Source: Octopus sinensis
Taxonomy: Eukaryota
Direction: 5' to 3'
Assembly: GCF_006345805.1 (NCBI RefSeq)
Contig: NC_043003.1
Coordinates: 109,244,001 to 109,308,000, forward strand
Length of the DNA: 64,000 bases
Part shown: positions 20,536 to 34,355 of the stretch, piece by piece
How the letters are laid out: every line of letters starts with the position of its first letter
How positions within the stretch are numbered: position 1 is the stretch's first letter
Notes under the pieces: model-generated
What the model was told of the DNA's origin: nothing
What the model saw: the letters and a program-made list of their open reading frames with translations, nothing else
Databases searched by the model: none
Translations under genes and position numbers: made by a program

Positions 20536-22699
20536 TACATACAATATTCTTTTTAACTTCAAGTAATACACCTTAAATATTTAAAAAATTTTCAAATGGG
20601 AATTACATTTTGTTCTGTGTATGTATGTATGTATGTAGTATGTATGTATGAGTGTGTGTATGCATGAATATATGTATGTATATATGTAAGTATATATGCA
20701 GTAATAAATTTAGTTCTCCACATTGGGTTCAGTCCTACTGCATGACATCATGGGCAAGTGTCTTCTTTGACAGCCCCAGGCTGACCAAAACCTTGTGAGC
20801 GGATTTGGCAATGGGAAATAAAAGAAGCCCATCATCATCATCATCATCATCATTATCATCATTTAATGTTTGCTTTCCATGCTAGCATGGGTTGGATGAT
20901 TTGACTGAGGTCTGGCGAACCAAACTCCAGTCTTATCTGGCAGAGTTTCTGCAGCTGGATGCCCTTCCTAACGCCAACCACTCCGAGAGTGTAGTGGGTG
21001 CTTTTACATTCCACTGGCACAAGGGCCAGTTTGGTGGTACTGGCAACGGCCACGTTCAAATGGTGCTGTTTACATGCCACCTGCACAGGAGCCAGTCCAG
21101 CAGCACTGGCGACGTCCTCGCTCAAATGTTTCATGTGCCACCAGCACAAGTGCTAGTAAGGCGACGTGGTAATGATCATATATGTATATATATATCTATG
21201 TTTATGTGTGTGTGTGCCTACTATAGTCACAAGACCTGGAATTTATGGGGAGAGGGAAAGTCGATCCCATCAACTCCAGAGCTTGATTGGTACTTAATTC
21301 ATCGACCCTGAAAGGATGAAAGGCAAAGTCAACCTCAGAAGAATTTAAACGCAGAATGTAAAATACTAGCTTAATAAGGACACTTTTTTTATGAACTTCT
21401 TTATTTTCAGAATTATGTGAAATAAATAAAGGCAGCGTATTCCAGAAAAAACAGACAGAAAGACAGACAAAATGTTTAACTCTAAACTTCAATGATTTTT
21501 TTAAAAAAAGAAAACTTAATATTCTGTTTCAATGTTTTTCATTTCTTAATCCATAAAATCCTTTACTTGATTTAATATTATTAACTAGAGATAATCCTGT
21601 CTGATATGATTTTGTATTATATGATTTCTAATCCTTCCTCATTTTCTTTATTTTAAATATCGTTGGAATTCCTCCCAGTCTAATAGACCAATACATATTC
21701 AATGGCTGTTGATGATGATGATGATGATGGTATTTGTAGTTAAGCTCTATTTGTTAAGTATTATCACTCATCAGGTATTATATCTAATTTAGTACATATG
21801 ATATTTAATACTACATATTATGTGTAATTTTAAATGGGCAACCAGCTGGCAGAATCCTTAGTTCATCAGACAAAAAGCTTGGTTGCATCTATCCTTTATC
21901 TTTTATTTGTTTCAGTCATTAGACTGTGGCCATACTGGGGCACCACCTTGAAGAATTTTTAATTGAAGGAATCAACAATAGTATTTGTTTTTTTTTTAAA
22001 GTACTGATACTTAGTCTTTTGGTATGTTTTGCCAAACCGATTAGCTATGGGGATGTAAACAAACCAGCACTGGTTGTCAAGGAGTGGTGGTGGGGACAAA
22101 CACAGACATTACATACATATATACGGCAGATTCCATCTACCTAACCCACTCACAATCTTTCAGATTTCGTCTACCAAATCCACTTGCTAGGCTTTGGTTG
22201 ACCTGTGGCTATAGCAGAAGGCTTGAACCCTGAACCCTGTAGTTAAGAAGAAAGCTTCTTACCACACAGCCACATTTCTTTACTTTGTGAGTTCAAATAC
22301 CATCCAAAACAACATTTTCTTTCATTCTTTCAGGGTTGATAAAACAAAGTACCTTTCTAGTGCCAAGGCTGATGTATTCAACTAAACCACTTCTTTCAAA
22401 ATTGCTGGACTTGCACCAAAACTTGAAACAATTTTAGCCTTGAGAAATCCTACACTTGTTTCTGATCTAACGAGACAATAATTTCTCTCTACTTTTAGAA
22501 TGATTCATTCACTTAATTACGCATTTCTTTTACCTACTTTCACCTTTCCTTTCATTTACCCCTCCCTCTCTGATTTGTTCATTATTCATTTTTTGATGGT
22601 TTTTTTTTCTCATTAACCAATTTTCTTTTTATTAAATTGAAATTATTTAGCTTTTGTCTGTCTACTTATTGACGATGAGTATGCTGGCAGTGATGTTGT

Positions 22700-23130
22700 T
22701 GCCAATGACAACTACAATGGCGGCTGATGATGATGATGCTGATGGTGATGACACTGATGTTAATGCAACTGTTGACAATGACGATGATGATGATGATGAT
22801 AATGACAATGACAAAACAGCAACAATAGTGATGGTGATGGTGGGGATGACAATGATGAAGTAAATGGCGTGGTGGTTGACAATAAGGGTGGCTGATGAAG
22901 ATGGCAATGTCTATGATAACAATTATGGTGAGGACAACGACAACAATGACAACATCAATGACATTGATAATGTTGAAGATGATGATGATGATAATGATGA
23001 CGACGATGATGATGACGATAACAATGACAATGATGATGAGGATGACGACGACGATGATGATGACGATGACGATGACGATGATGATGAGAATGACGACAAC
23101 GATGATGATGATGAGAATGACAATGACCAT
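22700..23130. repeat. Degenerate (GAT/GAC/AAT)n trinucleotide array
   Basis: Source of the poly-D, poly-M and poly-S ORFs. Confidence 0.9.
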
Positions 23131-23499
23131 TCTTTATATAACATGTATAGGTCTGATTTAAACAATGCCACAACCAAAGTCTCTTGCTGGTTCAGCCATT
23201 TTAACTCTGTCAAGTCCAACAAAGGCTCTTCATTGCTCTCATAACTCACTTTGTCCTGTGGAATTTACATCATTTTTGCCATTCCAAATGAGTCGCTATG
23301 ACAAACATATTACCGGAAATGGAATATTGAAACACATAACACATTCTTCACTTCTGAAGAGGCTATTCTTGAAGACTTTCGGTTGAGCTAATGTTCAACT
23401 TTTGGATTCATTTGGATTTGGTGACTGGCAAAGAAGAGAAATAGCACCAAACGATGAGTAGGTATGGAAGGGTTAGCCTAATATTAGAAATATAAAATC

Positions 23500-23735
23500 C
23501 TCCTCTCTACCACCTCCACCTCCTCTCCATCACCTCCACCTCCTCTCCCCCTCCACCACCTCCTCCTCCTCTCCACCACTTCCACCTCCTCTCCACCACC
23601 TCCTCCTCTCCACCACCTCCACCTCCTCTTCTCCAACACCTCCACCTCCTCTCCACTCCACTGCCTCCACCTCCTCCTCCCCTCTTTCTCCTCTCCCCTC
23701 CTCCTCCCCACCTCCTTCACCTCCCCTCCCCCTCT
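23500..23735. repeat. Polypyrimidine (CCT/CCA)-rich low-complexity tract
   Basis: cctccacctcctctcc-like units. Confidence 0.9.
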
Positions 23736-24356
23736 TGCAGAGGAGCAGCATGATTACTTTCATTTTAGAAGAGAAGTGAGCGGGGGTGGGGGTGGAGTTG
23801 GAAAGTGGTAGAAGTGGTGACGAGGTGCCAGAGTGAACTTCCAAGGTATGGAATGGTTTGGAATGGTTGGGGTAAGGATGCCAGGAATGAATGTGGAGTA
23901 AGGAACAAAATAGAAATGACAATACTGTAAACATAGGGAGGGGGTGAAGGGCACGTGGCTTAGTGGTTAGGGTATTTGGTCATGAATGTAAGGTCGTGAG
24001 TTCAATTCCTGGTGACGCATTGTGTCCTTGAGCAAGACACTTTATTTCATGTTGTTCCAGTCCAGCAAAAATGAGTAATACCTGTATTTCAAAGAGATAA
24101 TCTTGTCACACTCTGTGTCATGCTGAATCTTCCTGAGAACTACGTCAAGGGTACGCATGCCTGTGGAGTGCTCAACCACTTGCATGGTAATTTCCCAAGC
24201 AGGCTAATCCATTGATCAGATCAACTGGAACCCTTGTTTTACTGAACCGCTAAGATACAGGATCGTAAACACTCCAATACCACTTGTCAAGTGATGGTGG
24301 GGGACAAACACATTTACACACACACACACACACACAAGAAGCTTCTTTCAGTTGTA

Positions 24357-24750
24357 AGGCGGTGAGCTGGCAGAATCGTTAGCACACCAGGCGAAATGTG
24401 TAGCCGTATTTCGTTTTCCGGTACGTTCTGAGTTCAAATTCTGCCGAGGTCGACTTTGCCTTTCATCCTTTCGGGGTCGATAAATTAAGTACCAGCTATG
24501 CCCTGGAGTCGATATAATCGACTTAATCCGTTTGTCTGTCCTTGTTTGTCCTCTCTGTGTTTAGCCCCTTGTGAGTAGTAAAGAAATAGGTATTTCGTCT
24601 GCCGTTACGTTTTGAGTTCAAATTCCACCTAGGTCGACTTTGCCTTTCATCCTTTCTGGGTCGATAAATTAAGTACCAGTTATGCACTGGGGTCGATGTA
24701 AATCGACTTAATCTGTTTGTCTGTCCTTGTTTGTCACCTCTATGTTTAGC
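24357..24750 (+). mobile_element. Two partial-tandem SINE family B copies
   Basis: tatttcgt..ctgagttcaaatt..gtcgactttgcc occurs twice, at about 24407 and 24591. Confidence 0.85.
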
Positions 24751-25049
24751 CCGATGTTTTGGTGTACCAAAACATGGGGGTGGGGGTAAGTGCAAAAGGA
24801 AGACGACATGCCGGTGAGTAGGTTTGCAGGGTTGGATGAGGAAGAGAAGCAGGTGCAGTGTATAAATACACATTGCATTTATGCATAGATATGTGTTGCT
24901 TGTAAACAAAATACAATTTTAATCATTAACCAATACAGTATTAATGACTCTGCATATTTATTTCTCATTACTTTTGAAATGTTTCATGCCTTATCTCCTA
25001 ATATAATAAGAGCTTAGTGTTTTTATATATTTGTATATATATATATAGG

Positions 25050-25450
25050 TGCTTGAGTGACTGTGTGGTAAGTAGCTTGCTTACCAACCATATGGTTCTG
25101 GGTTCATACCCACTGCTTGGCTCCTTGGGCAAGTGACTTCTGCTATAGCCTTGGGCTGACCAAAGCCTTGTGAGTGGATTTGGTAGACAGAAACTGAAAG
25201 AAGCCCGTCGTATATATGTATATATATATATTTGTATGTGTGTGTATATGTTTGTGTGTCTGTGTTTGTCCCCACCACCATCGCTTGACAACCGATGGTG
25301 ATGTGTTTACATCCCTGTAACTTAGCAGTTCGGCAAAAGATACTGATAGAATAAGCACTAAGCTTACAAAGAATAAGTCCTGGGGTCGATTTGCTCGACT
25401 AAAGGCGGTGCTCCAGCATGGTCACAGTCAAATTACTGAAACAAGTAAAA
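25050..25450 (+). mobile_element. SINE family A, full copy
   Basis: Head gagtgactgtgtggtaagtagc through tail ctgaaacaagtaaaaga. Confidence 0.85.
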
Positions 25451-25743
25451 GATAAATATAAGAGAGATAAAAAGATATATATATAATTATTATTTGAGGG
25501 AATAAAATCCAAACTTACAAGGAAAAAGAATTCAATTTAGAAATATAAATCAAATTCCACACAATATAATAAATATATAAAATATATTAGAATAAAACCA
25601 CCTTTTATCAATTCAAAATGAATAATTAAATTACATCATCTAGAAAATTACATATAATAGAAAAGTTGAAATTAAAATATCAATAATAAGTAAAGATTAA
25701 GTAAATTACAAAAATAATATAATGTATATAATAGGTAGGAAAA

Positions 25744-25828
25744 AACCCGTGTTTCGCTGCTATATTTGATAAATGATTATAGTAGTAGAGAAATCACTTC
25801 CATATAAATATAGTCGCTCATCAGGTTA
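25744..25828 (-). ncRNA. Degenerate hammerhead-like motif in an AT-rich PLE-like repeat
   Basis: AAC CUGAUGA GCGACUAUAUUU..AAAUAUAGCAGC GAAAC ACGG GUU; the cleavage triplet is missing. Confidence 0.45.
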
Positions 25829-25869
25829 AAAATAAAATAGAACAATAAAATAATTAATTAATAAATATA

Positions 25870-25914
<45 letters not shown>

Positions 25915-27493
25915 ATGAAAATCCAAAATATACATAAGTGAAAAATAAAATAATACTTCAATAATTAAATACTTTAAAATTAAATAAAATACACAAAGCT
26001 ATTACAAGTCATTAAATTGTAATTAAAATAAGAAATGTTTCAAATATATGTATATATATACATACACATTTATATTTGTCCATAATCACACCAGATGCAG
26101 AGGAGGAGAGAAAATGGTGAAGGTAAAGTAGTGAGAGTAATAGCCCTGAGTGAGAGGGAGAAAAAAATAATGGCAATGAGAGAAAGGAAGGGGTGATAGA
26201 TGAATAAGGAAGGAAAGGGGGGAAAAAAAATTCAGCGTTTCAACTCTTTGTGAGTATATGTGTGTATGTGTGTGCATGTGCGAGGGAAGTATGTGAATGT
26301 TTGTAGGTATGATTATTATGCACCTTATTTTGTACCTCATTTGTATATAAAATACTACAATTAGCCATTATTATTGATGGCACGTCGTCAGCTAGTTGTA
26401 TGTGCATGTTATCACCAACTTAATATATTCTCCAACAATAAGGTCATTCTGACCTTGATGATCGTCCTTAGTTTTGATTAGAGATTCTGAAAAGAAAAAA
26501 AAAGATAAACATAAATACAATGTTTCATGATTTTCACCCACCATATGTAGATGAGCTTCTTTTTCTTTTATTTGCCATGTCTAGAGTAAAGGCATGTGGC
26601 CTAGTGGTAAGGGTGTTCCACTCATGATTATAATATCAACGTTTCAATTCCCAAAGCAGGCAGTGCATTGTGTTTATGAGCAAAACACTTTATTCCACAT
26701 TGCTCCTGTTCACTCCACTGTAAATGAGTGACTCTGCAAAGGACTGGCATCTTGTTCAAGGAGAATGCTGTGACTTCGGTCACTTATACACCATAGAAAC
26801 TCAGCAACCAGCCCTATGAATCTTAGACAGTACTTACTATGTCCATAAGAAGGGCTAGAGCCCACGACACATGGAAACCCTTCGAAACTGGTAATGTCCC
26901 ATTTAAACTGTTGCTGCAAAGACAGATGTGAGTAGAGAAACTGATTCCAGGTGGCTGATGAGCTAGGGGTGAAAGATTGGGCAAAATGGTTCGTGCAGGT
27001 AGGGAAAAAGGTGAAGTTGGACATACCAAGGGCGAGGCAATCAAGTCAGTAATGCCTCAGCAATGGCAGTACAAGACTGGCCAATTCCGAGTGACTGTTA
27101 ATGACTTAGTGACACATACATCCTACTGACCACTCATGTATGTATTTTTCTTTCAGTTTTACAATTTAGAGATGTGATTGAACTTAGCACAGGTAACACT
27201 TATTTGTCTTCTTGGAACACAGTAAATTTTCAAGACCTATTTTTGAAAAATATAGCATACTTAGCTCCAGAACTTACAGTTTTTCATCTAGATCAGTGGT
27301 TCTCAGCTGGGATCCATGTGGCCCCTAGGGGTCTATATAAGATTTTTGAGGTCCACATAATAAAATAGTAAATTGGAGATCAACAATTTATGGTAATACA
27401 ATGGTAAAGGAATAAATAAAGAAATGAATGGTGAAATAGAAGGGGGATACACCTTCTTGCTCTTTCCGTCTACCTATCTGTCTGACTATCTGT

Positions 27494-27594
<101 letters not shown>

Positions 27595-27639
27595 AGCCTA
27601 TCTACCAACCTATATTTCAATCTAAAGTTAATCCAAACA

Positions 27640-28303
27640 AGAAAGCACAAAAAAACACAACGCGAGGACGTGGAACAAATATAGTATTATTGGACGCTCA
27701 GGAAAGAAGGAAAGAAGGAGGGATTAACGTTTCGAGCGGAGCTCTTCGTCGGAAACATAGGAGAAGGAAAGATCCAGAGAAGGGAAGACAGAGGGAAAAA
27801 AATCGCCAACGGTACACACAAGGTCACATTTTGAATTATATTTCTATCTATCCATTTCCATTCCCTTGGAACCTCACCCAAAAAAGCAAAAACAATGTTC
27901 TCTTCTAAACATCCCCCCCCCAAATATCTGTTTTATATAAATGAACAAGCTGTTTGTGCATTCACAAAGTTATATTTGACAAGTTTGAGAAAGGAACGAA
28001 AGTGCTAATAATAATGAAGAAATAAAAAGATTTTTTTTTCCAAAATTCTGACAACTTTTTTTCTCAATATTCAATCTCTGTACATCACACCTAACACTCT
28101 ATACACACACACAAACACACACACACACACACACAACACACACACACACACACACACACATACATATATACACATACACACACACACATTTAATATATAC
28201 ACATGTATATATGATTCTGTCCACCAGTGGGTGAAACACAGAATAGCAAGAGACTGATTTGACTGAAATAACACACACACACACGCACACGCACACACAC
28301 GCA

Positions 28304-28334
<31 letters not shown>

Positions 28335-28580
28335 TTGTAAAAATATAAAAACAAGGCAAAAGCTCAGAAATTCTATGTAGGAAACAATATATATCTATGA
28401 AATAGAATACTTACATCGTCCCAAATTGGTTTTATGCTCATATTAAGCTGTGGTTGATATTTTTCAATAAACGTGATCTCTTTATTTAACCATTGATGTA
28501 GAGAAGTTGTTCTCTTGCTTGGTAGATACAGGAACAATTTGGAAGGGTTGGTTGGGGAAGCCCACACATCTCTCCATGTT
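27640..28580 (-). mobile_element. Penelope-like remnant: GIY-YIG C-terminus (28580-28410), 3' region and hammerhead-bearing terminus
   Basis: FQIVP..W/RLNKEITFIEKYQPQLN resembles the end of a PLE endonuclease. Hammerhead motif at 27722-27756 on the same strand. Confidence 0.55.
27722..27756 (-). ncRNA. Minimal hammerhead-like motif with CCGACGA core
   Basis: GUUU CCGACGA A GAGC(UCC)GCUC GAAAC GUU AAUC. Confidence 0.6.
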
Positions 28581-28739
28581 TTGCTCAGTGATTTTTATTT
28601 ATTTATTGACTGGGAGATTATTTTCTCATTGCTAATAAGGGGGAATTGGTGCCAGGAAGGGCACCAGGTTTTAGAAAACTAACTCTACCTCAGCACATCT
28701 GCATCTGACCCATACAAGTGTGGAAATGTAGACATTAAA

Positions 28740-29005
28740 ATGATGATGGTGGTGGTGGTGGTGGCAGCTGTGGTGGTGGAAATGTTGGTGGTTGTTGTTG
28801 TGGTAGTGGTGTTGATGGTGGGGGTTGTGGTAGTAGTGGTGGAGGTGGTTGTGGTTGTGATGGTGGTAGTTGTGATGGTAGTGGTTGTTGTTGTTGTTGT
28901 TGTGGTGGTGGTGGTGGTGGCGGCGATGGTGGCGATGGTAATGACAATGATGACGGAGAAGGATGATGATGATGGTGATGGTGATGGTGAGGATGATAAT
29001 GATAG
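28740..29005. repeat. (GGT/TGT/GAT)n trinucleotide array
   Basis: Directly visible. Confidence 0.9.
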
Positions 29006-30708
29006 TGAATCTAGCACCACACAATACTAGGACAGGGAAATACTCTGAGGGAGATTTGGCTGCTATTTCTAGAAAGTTAGGTGATCGGTAGAGAAGCTCC
29101 TTTATTAGTTGTCTTAGTATTATGTTTTGACAGTGGTTACTTGACAACTTTGTTTATGGAATACTGAAGACAATTAGAGAAACAGAATGAGTCCAACCTG
29201 TGTCAGGGCAAGGATCGTGTGTAAATGCGAGCAAGGATATAATGATACAGGATTGATTTAATCTCATGTCTGATTAGCTACAGCTTAGAAACAAGGCAAG
29301 TGGGGAACAAAAATTAACTAAGAACCCACAATACAAAAAAAAAAAACTTGCACACACACACACACACACACAGAGTCATACATGCATATGCATGCTTACA
29401 CACTCACACATACGACACTTACATACACGTATGCATATCACCACCACCACCACCAGTGTTCCCACCACTGCTGCCACCGTTGTCATCATTGTCGTCATCA
29501 TCATCACCATTTAATGTCTACTTTTCTGTGTATGCATGGGTCTTATGAGTTTGTTTGAGGCAGATTTTCCTTACAGCCGGATGCACTTCCTGTTGCCAAC
29601 CCTCATCTGTTTCCAAGCAAGTTAATATTTTCCCCATGGCAAGACATGTTCTCAAGGTATATTGAAATGAATGAATGAATGACACTGCTAGTTTGACAGG
29701 GACAATCATTTACAACTGTCATATAATGTCAAGACAAGGGGACACACACACGCACACACACACACACACTCTCACACAGACACGCACATGCATACATACA
29801 TAAGTACATATACACAAACACATACATATATCCATCCATCCATACATACATACATATATACATACATATATACATACATAAGTACATACACACACACACA
29901 TAGGTATATGGTGGGCTTCTATAAGTTTCCACCTACCAAATCCACTCATAAAGATTCAATTTGCCCCAGGTTATGATAGAAAACACTGACCCAGGTTGTC
30001 ATGGAGTGGAACTGAACCATGTTATTGAGAACCAAAGTTCTTGACCCCACAGCCACACATGTGCTTCATCAGCTAAAATAATTTCCTTTCTGTTTTCATT
30101 CTAATTAGATTTTTTGTCTTTTGTATTTCAACCCTTTAACATTCAGATTATTCTGTCAAAAGTAATTCTTATTTATTCACAATGTTTTGAATTAATCATG
30201 CCTTATCTCCTAACTTTCAAATTTTGATGATGTGATTGTTTGTCTTTTAAAATGACAGTAGGCTAGGTGTAAGAGGTCAGGTCTGGCTGGTTTAAAGGTA
30301 AAACAGGTAAAATATTTGGGCTGTATATGGCCAGTTTATAATAAAGCATCACACCATAAACTAAACTCTACAAAACATATTGTTCAACATTCTGCTATAC
30401 TGTTACAAGGAGATTTTTCTACTCTAGGCACACAGCCTGAAATTTTGGGGGAGGGGGCCAGTTGATTAGATTGACCCCAATATGCAACAGGTACATTTAT
30501 CGACCCCGAAAGAATGAAAGGCAAAGTCGACCGTGGTGGAGTTTGAACTCAGAACGTAAAGACAGATGAAATACTGCTAAGCATTTCGTCCAGTATGCTA
30601 TCGTTTCTGCCAGCTTGTTGCTTTTATACTGTTACAAGGATTACTCACTCCTTACCTCACATATAATACGGCAGCACATTTTGTACCAGCGTCTTGGAAT
30701 GTGTTTAA

Positions 30709-30934
30709 CCCTTTCGTTACCAACCTGGCTGAAACTGGCTCTGGCTCTGGCTCTGAGTACAAATGTCTTCTTTTCATAAGTTCTGAATTAAAATCTTCCA
30801 CCAAACCTTAGTCACAATTTATGTTCCTAACACTAGCTGAATGATAACGAAGTTATTTTACTAAATTCTTTGTTACATTTAAAGTAATTGAAAGAAACAC
30901 AGAGCATCTCAAAATAAATACAGTAACGAAAGGG
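30709..30934. mobile_element. piggyBac-like MITE (TTAA|CCCTTTCGTTAC...GTAACGAAAGGG)
   Basis: 12-bp TIR; TTAA on the left and TTTA on the right. Confidence 0.7.
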
Positions 30935-33110
30935 TTTATATGAAAATTGGTATATCCAATAGCATTACACCACTGTAAATAGTGGCCCTTTAAGCAATGA
31001 GTCCATAGATGATTAATGGATCAGATGGGTGCTGATGATGGGGCAAAAGCCTCCGAAATATGGCATATCCACCCATTACCCATTTTTTCATCTTCAATCA
31101 CATTGTTTGTTTACATCTGATGTCTTGGATACTAAACATCATCATCATCATCATCATCATCATCGTTTAATGTCCGTTTTCCATGCTAGCATGGGTTGGA
31201 CTGTTCGACAGGGGTCTGGGAATACAGGAGGCTGCAGCAGGCTCCAGTCTGATCTGGCAGTGTTTCTACAGCTGGATGCCCTTCATAATGCTAACAACTC
31301 TGTGAGTGTAGTGGGTGCTTTTTACATGCCACCTGCATGGAAGCCAGTCGAGGCGGCGCTGGCAACGGCCACGTTTGGATGGTGCTTTTTACATGCCACC
31401 GGCACATTGTAACAAAATCAGTGCTGGCTATAATTCTATAGAAATTCTGTAGAGTTGACCTGAACATGTAATTTAAGTGCACTGCTAAGACAATAGTACA
31501 TGGTATTGACTTATAAAATCGTTTGATATACTTCATAGTATATTATGGTTGCATAACGAAATAATGCCTACAAGTCATTAATATTTTGTCTTGTACTTCC
31601 ATCATTCTATCATCCTAGGTAAAATGAGGCAGGCAACACATTTGGAATAAAATATTGGCATAGACACAGGTGTGGCTGTGTGGTAAAAAGCTTGCTTCCC
31701 GACCACATGGTTCTGGGTTCAGTCCCGCTGCATGGCATGTTGGGCAAGTGTTTTCTACTATAGCCTTGGGCCAGCTAAAGCCTTGTGAGTTGATTTGGTT
31801 GATGGAAACTGAAAGAAGCTTGTATTTATATATCTACGTGGGAGTGTCCTTGTGCCTGTCCCCTGCCACCACGTCATAACTGGTGTTGGTGTGTTTATGT
31901 CCCTGTAACTTAGCAGTTTAGCAAAAGAGGGCGATAGAATAAGTACCAGACTTAATAAAATTAAGTACTGGATCGATTCACTTGACTAAAAATTATTCAA
32001 GGCAGTGCTCCAGCATGGTTGCAATCAAATGACTGAATGAAGTAAAAGATAAAAGATTAGAGACTATATATATATATATATATATGATGTTTGTGTGTAT
32101 ATGGAGGTGGGTATGGTCAAGACAAGGATACACAAACATACATGCATACTCATACATACATATATATTTACACAGATACAAATGGATGGACACACAGACA
32201 CACACACACGCATCTTGATGGTGCCATGTGTAAAGCACTTGTGCCAGGGCTTTATAAAAAGCAGTCTACTCTGTAAAGAGGCTGGTGTTGGGAAGGGCAT
32301 CCAGCTGTAGAAACAATGCAAACAGACAACTGGAGCTGGTGCATCCCTGTGGCTGGCAAGCTCCTGTAGAACTGTCCATCTCATGCCAGTATGGAAAATG
32401 GATGCTAAATAATGATGATGATGATGATGATATATAGCTCCAAGCCTGACTGAAGCCTTGTGAGTGGATTTGGTAGATGGAAACTGAATAAAACTTGTCA
32501 CATACATTAAAAGTAAAGACCCCCTTCAGTCATGAATGACCATAGGATTGCACATAGAAAGTTACCTTCCAAGGCACAGGACTGGGGGAAAGGTTGTTTT
32601 TTATGGAAGACCAGCAGCTGCCCAGCCTCCCCTCTCCACACCACTGATGTTATCCAAGGGAAAGGAAAAGGGGCCGATACAGCTTGGCATCAGTGATGTT
32701 GCAACTCATTTCTACAGCTGAGTTCCTTCTTCCTTCTCAAGCCATGCCAGGCTCATAAGGGCTGGTTTCCTGGTTTCAGTGGCGAAGAAATTCCCCACCT
32801 GGACGGGACGCTGCTCTGTCGCAGGATTACTCATTTTTGCCAGCTGAGTGGACTGGAGCAACGAGAAACGAAGTGTTTTACTCAAGAACACAATGCATCG
32901 CCTGGTTCAGGAATCGAAACCACAACCTTACGATCATGAGTTCATCACCCTAACCATTAAGCCACGTGCCTCCACACAGCTGAGTGAACTGGAGCAATGT
33001 GAAATGAAGTGTCTTGATCAAGAACACAACACAAAGCCTGGTCCAGGAATCAAACTTGCTCCCTCATGATCGTCACACACACACACACACATATCTATCA
33101 TCATCATCAT

Positions 33111-34291
33111 CACTTAACATCCGTTCTCCATGCTAGCATGGGTTGGACGGTTTGACCGGGGATCTGGGAAGCCAGGAGGCTGCACCAGGCTCCGGTCTTT
33201 TCTGGCATATATATATATATACAAATACATACACACACACACACACACATATATCTATCATCATCATCATCACTTAACATCCGTTCTCCATGCTAGCATG
33301 GGTTGGACGGTTTGACCGGGGATCTGGGAAGCCAGGAGGCTGCACCAGGCTCCGGTCTTTTCTGGCATATATATATATATACAAATACATACATACATAT
33401 ATATATACAAATACATACATACATATATATATACAAATACATACATACATATATATATACAAATACATACATACATATATATATACAAATACATACATAC
33501 ATATAGAAGTATATAAATATATATATATACAAATACATACATACATATAGAAGTATATAAATATATATATATACAAATACATACATACATATATATATAC
33601 AAATACATACACACACACACATATATATATATATACAAATACATACACACACACACATATCTATCATCATCATCATTTAGCATCCGCTTTCCATGCTGGC
33701 ATGGGTTGGACAGTTTGACTGGAACTGATAAGCTGGAGTGCTGCACCAGGTTCCAGTCTGATGTGGCATGGATACCCTTCCTAACACCAACCACCCCAAG
33801 TGTATAGTGGGTACCTTTTACGTGTCACTAGCATGGGTGCTGTTTTGTATGTGTGAGTGTGTGTGAGGCATGTGGCATAGTGGTTAGGGCATTTGGCTCA
33901 TAATTGTAAGGGTACATGTGTCTGTGGAGTGCTCAGCCACTTGCATGTTAAGTTTGAATGTTCATAGCAGTCAAGAAAAACTGTAAACCACTAAAATTAA
34001 TGAACTTGGTACTTTCAAACAGATTGATATGCAGTTTTAATTTTATTGACTGCTATGAACATTCAGACTTACACCTTCTGTTTTGAACATTCAAACTTAC
34101 ACCTTCTGTTTTGAACATGTTAATTTATCAACATTGAAACTTTTAAAGATGCTTTTTCTAATTTTAAACTTTTACCATTGATAAACAAAAAATATTGTTG
34201 AAACTATTGGTATATATGTAAATAAATGTATTTTAAACAATATATATATATATATACAAATACATACATACATATATATATACAAATACAT

Positions 34292-34355
<64 letters not shown>

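Noticed and set aside
22654-23249. Poly-Asp/Met/Ser/His ORFs (also 6279-6781, 28671-29147, 52317-52585, 54834-55421)
   Set aside because: Trinucleotide repeats open in several frames on both strands, with no flanking domain.
26945-26985. ctgatgagctaggggtgaaa as a hammerhead
   Set aside because: Core words are present, but stems I, II and III have at most 2 bp and the NUH pairing fails.
27294-27410. CAGTGGTTCTCA hAT-like end (similar inverted end near 53700-53768)
   Set aside because: Only single ends are visible; no paired TIR or TSD to define an element.
29120-29200. Possible plus-strand exon (ttttgacAG|WLLDNFVYGILKTIRETE*)
   Set aside because: Short, with no convincing donor and no recognisable homology.
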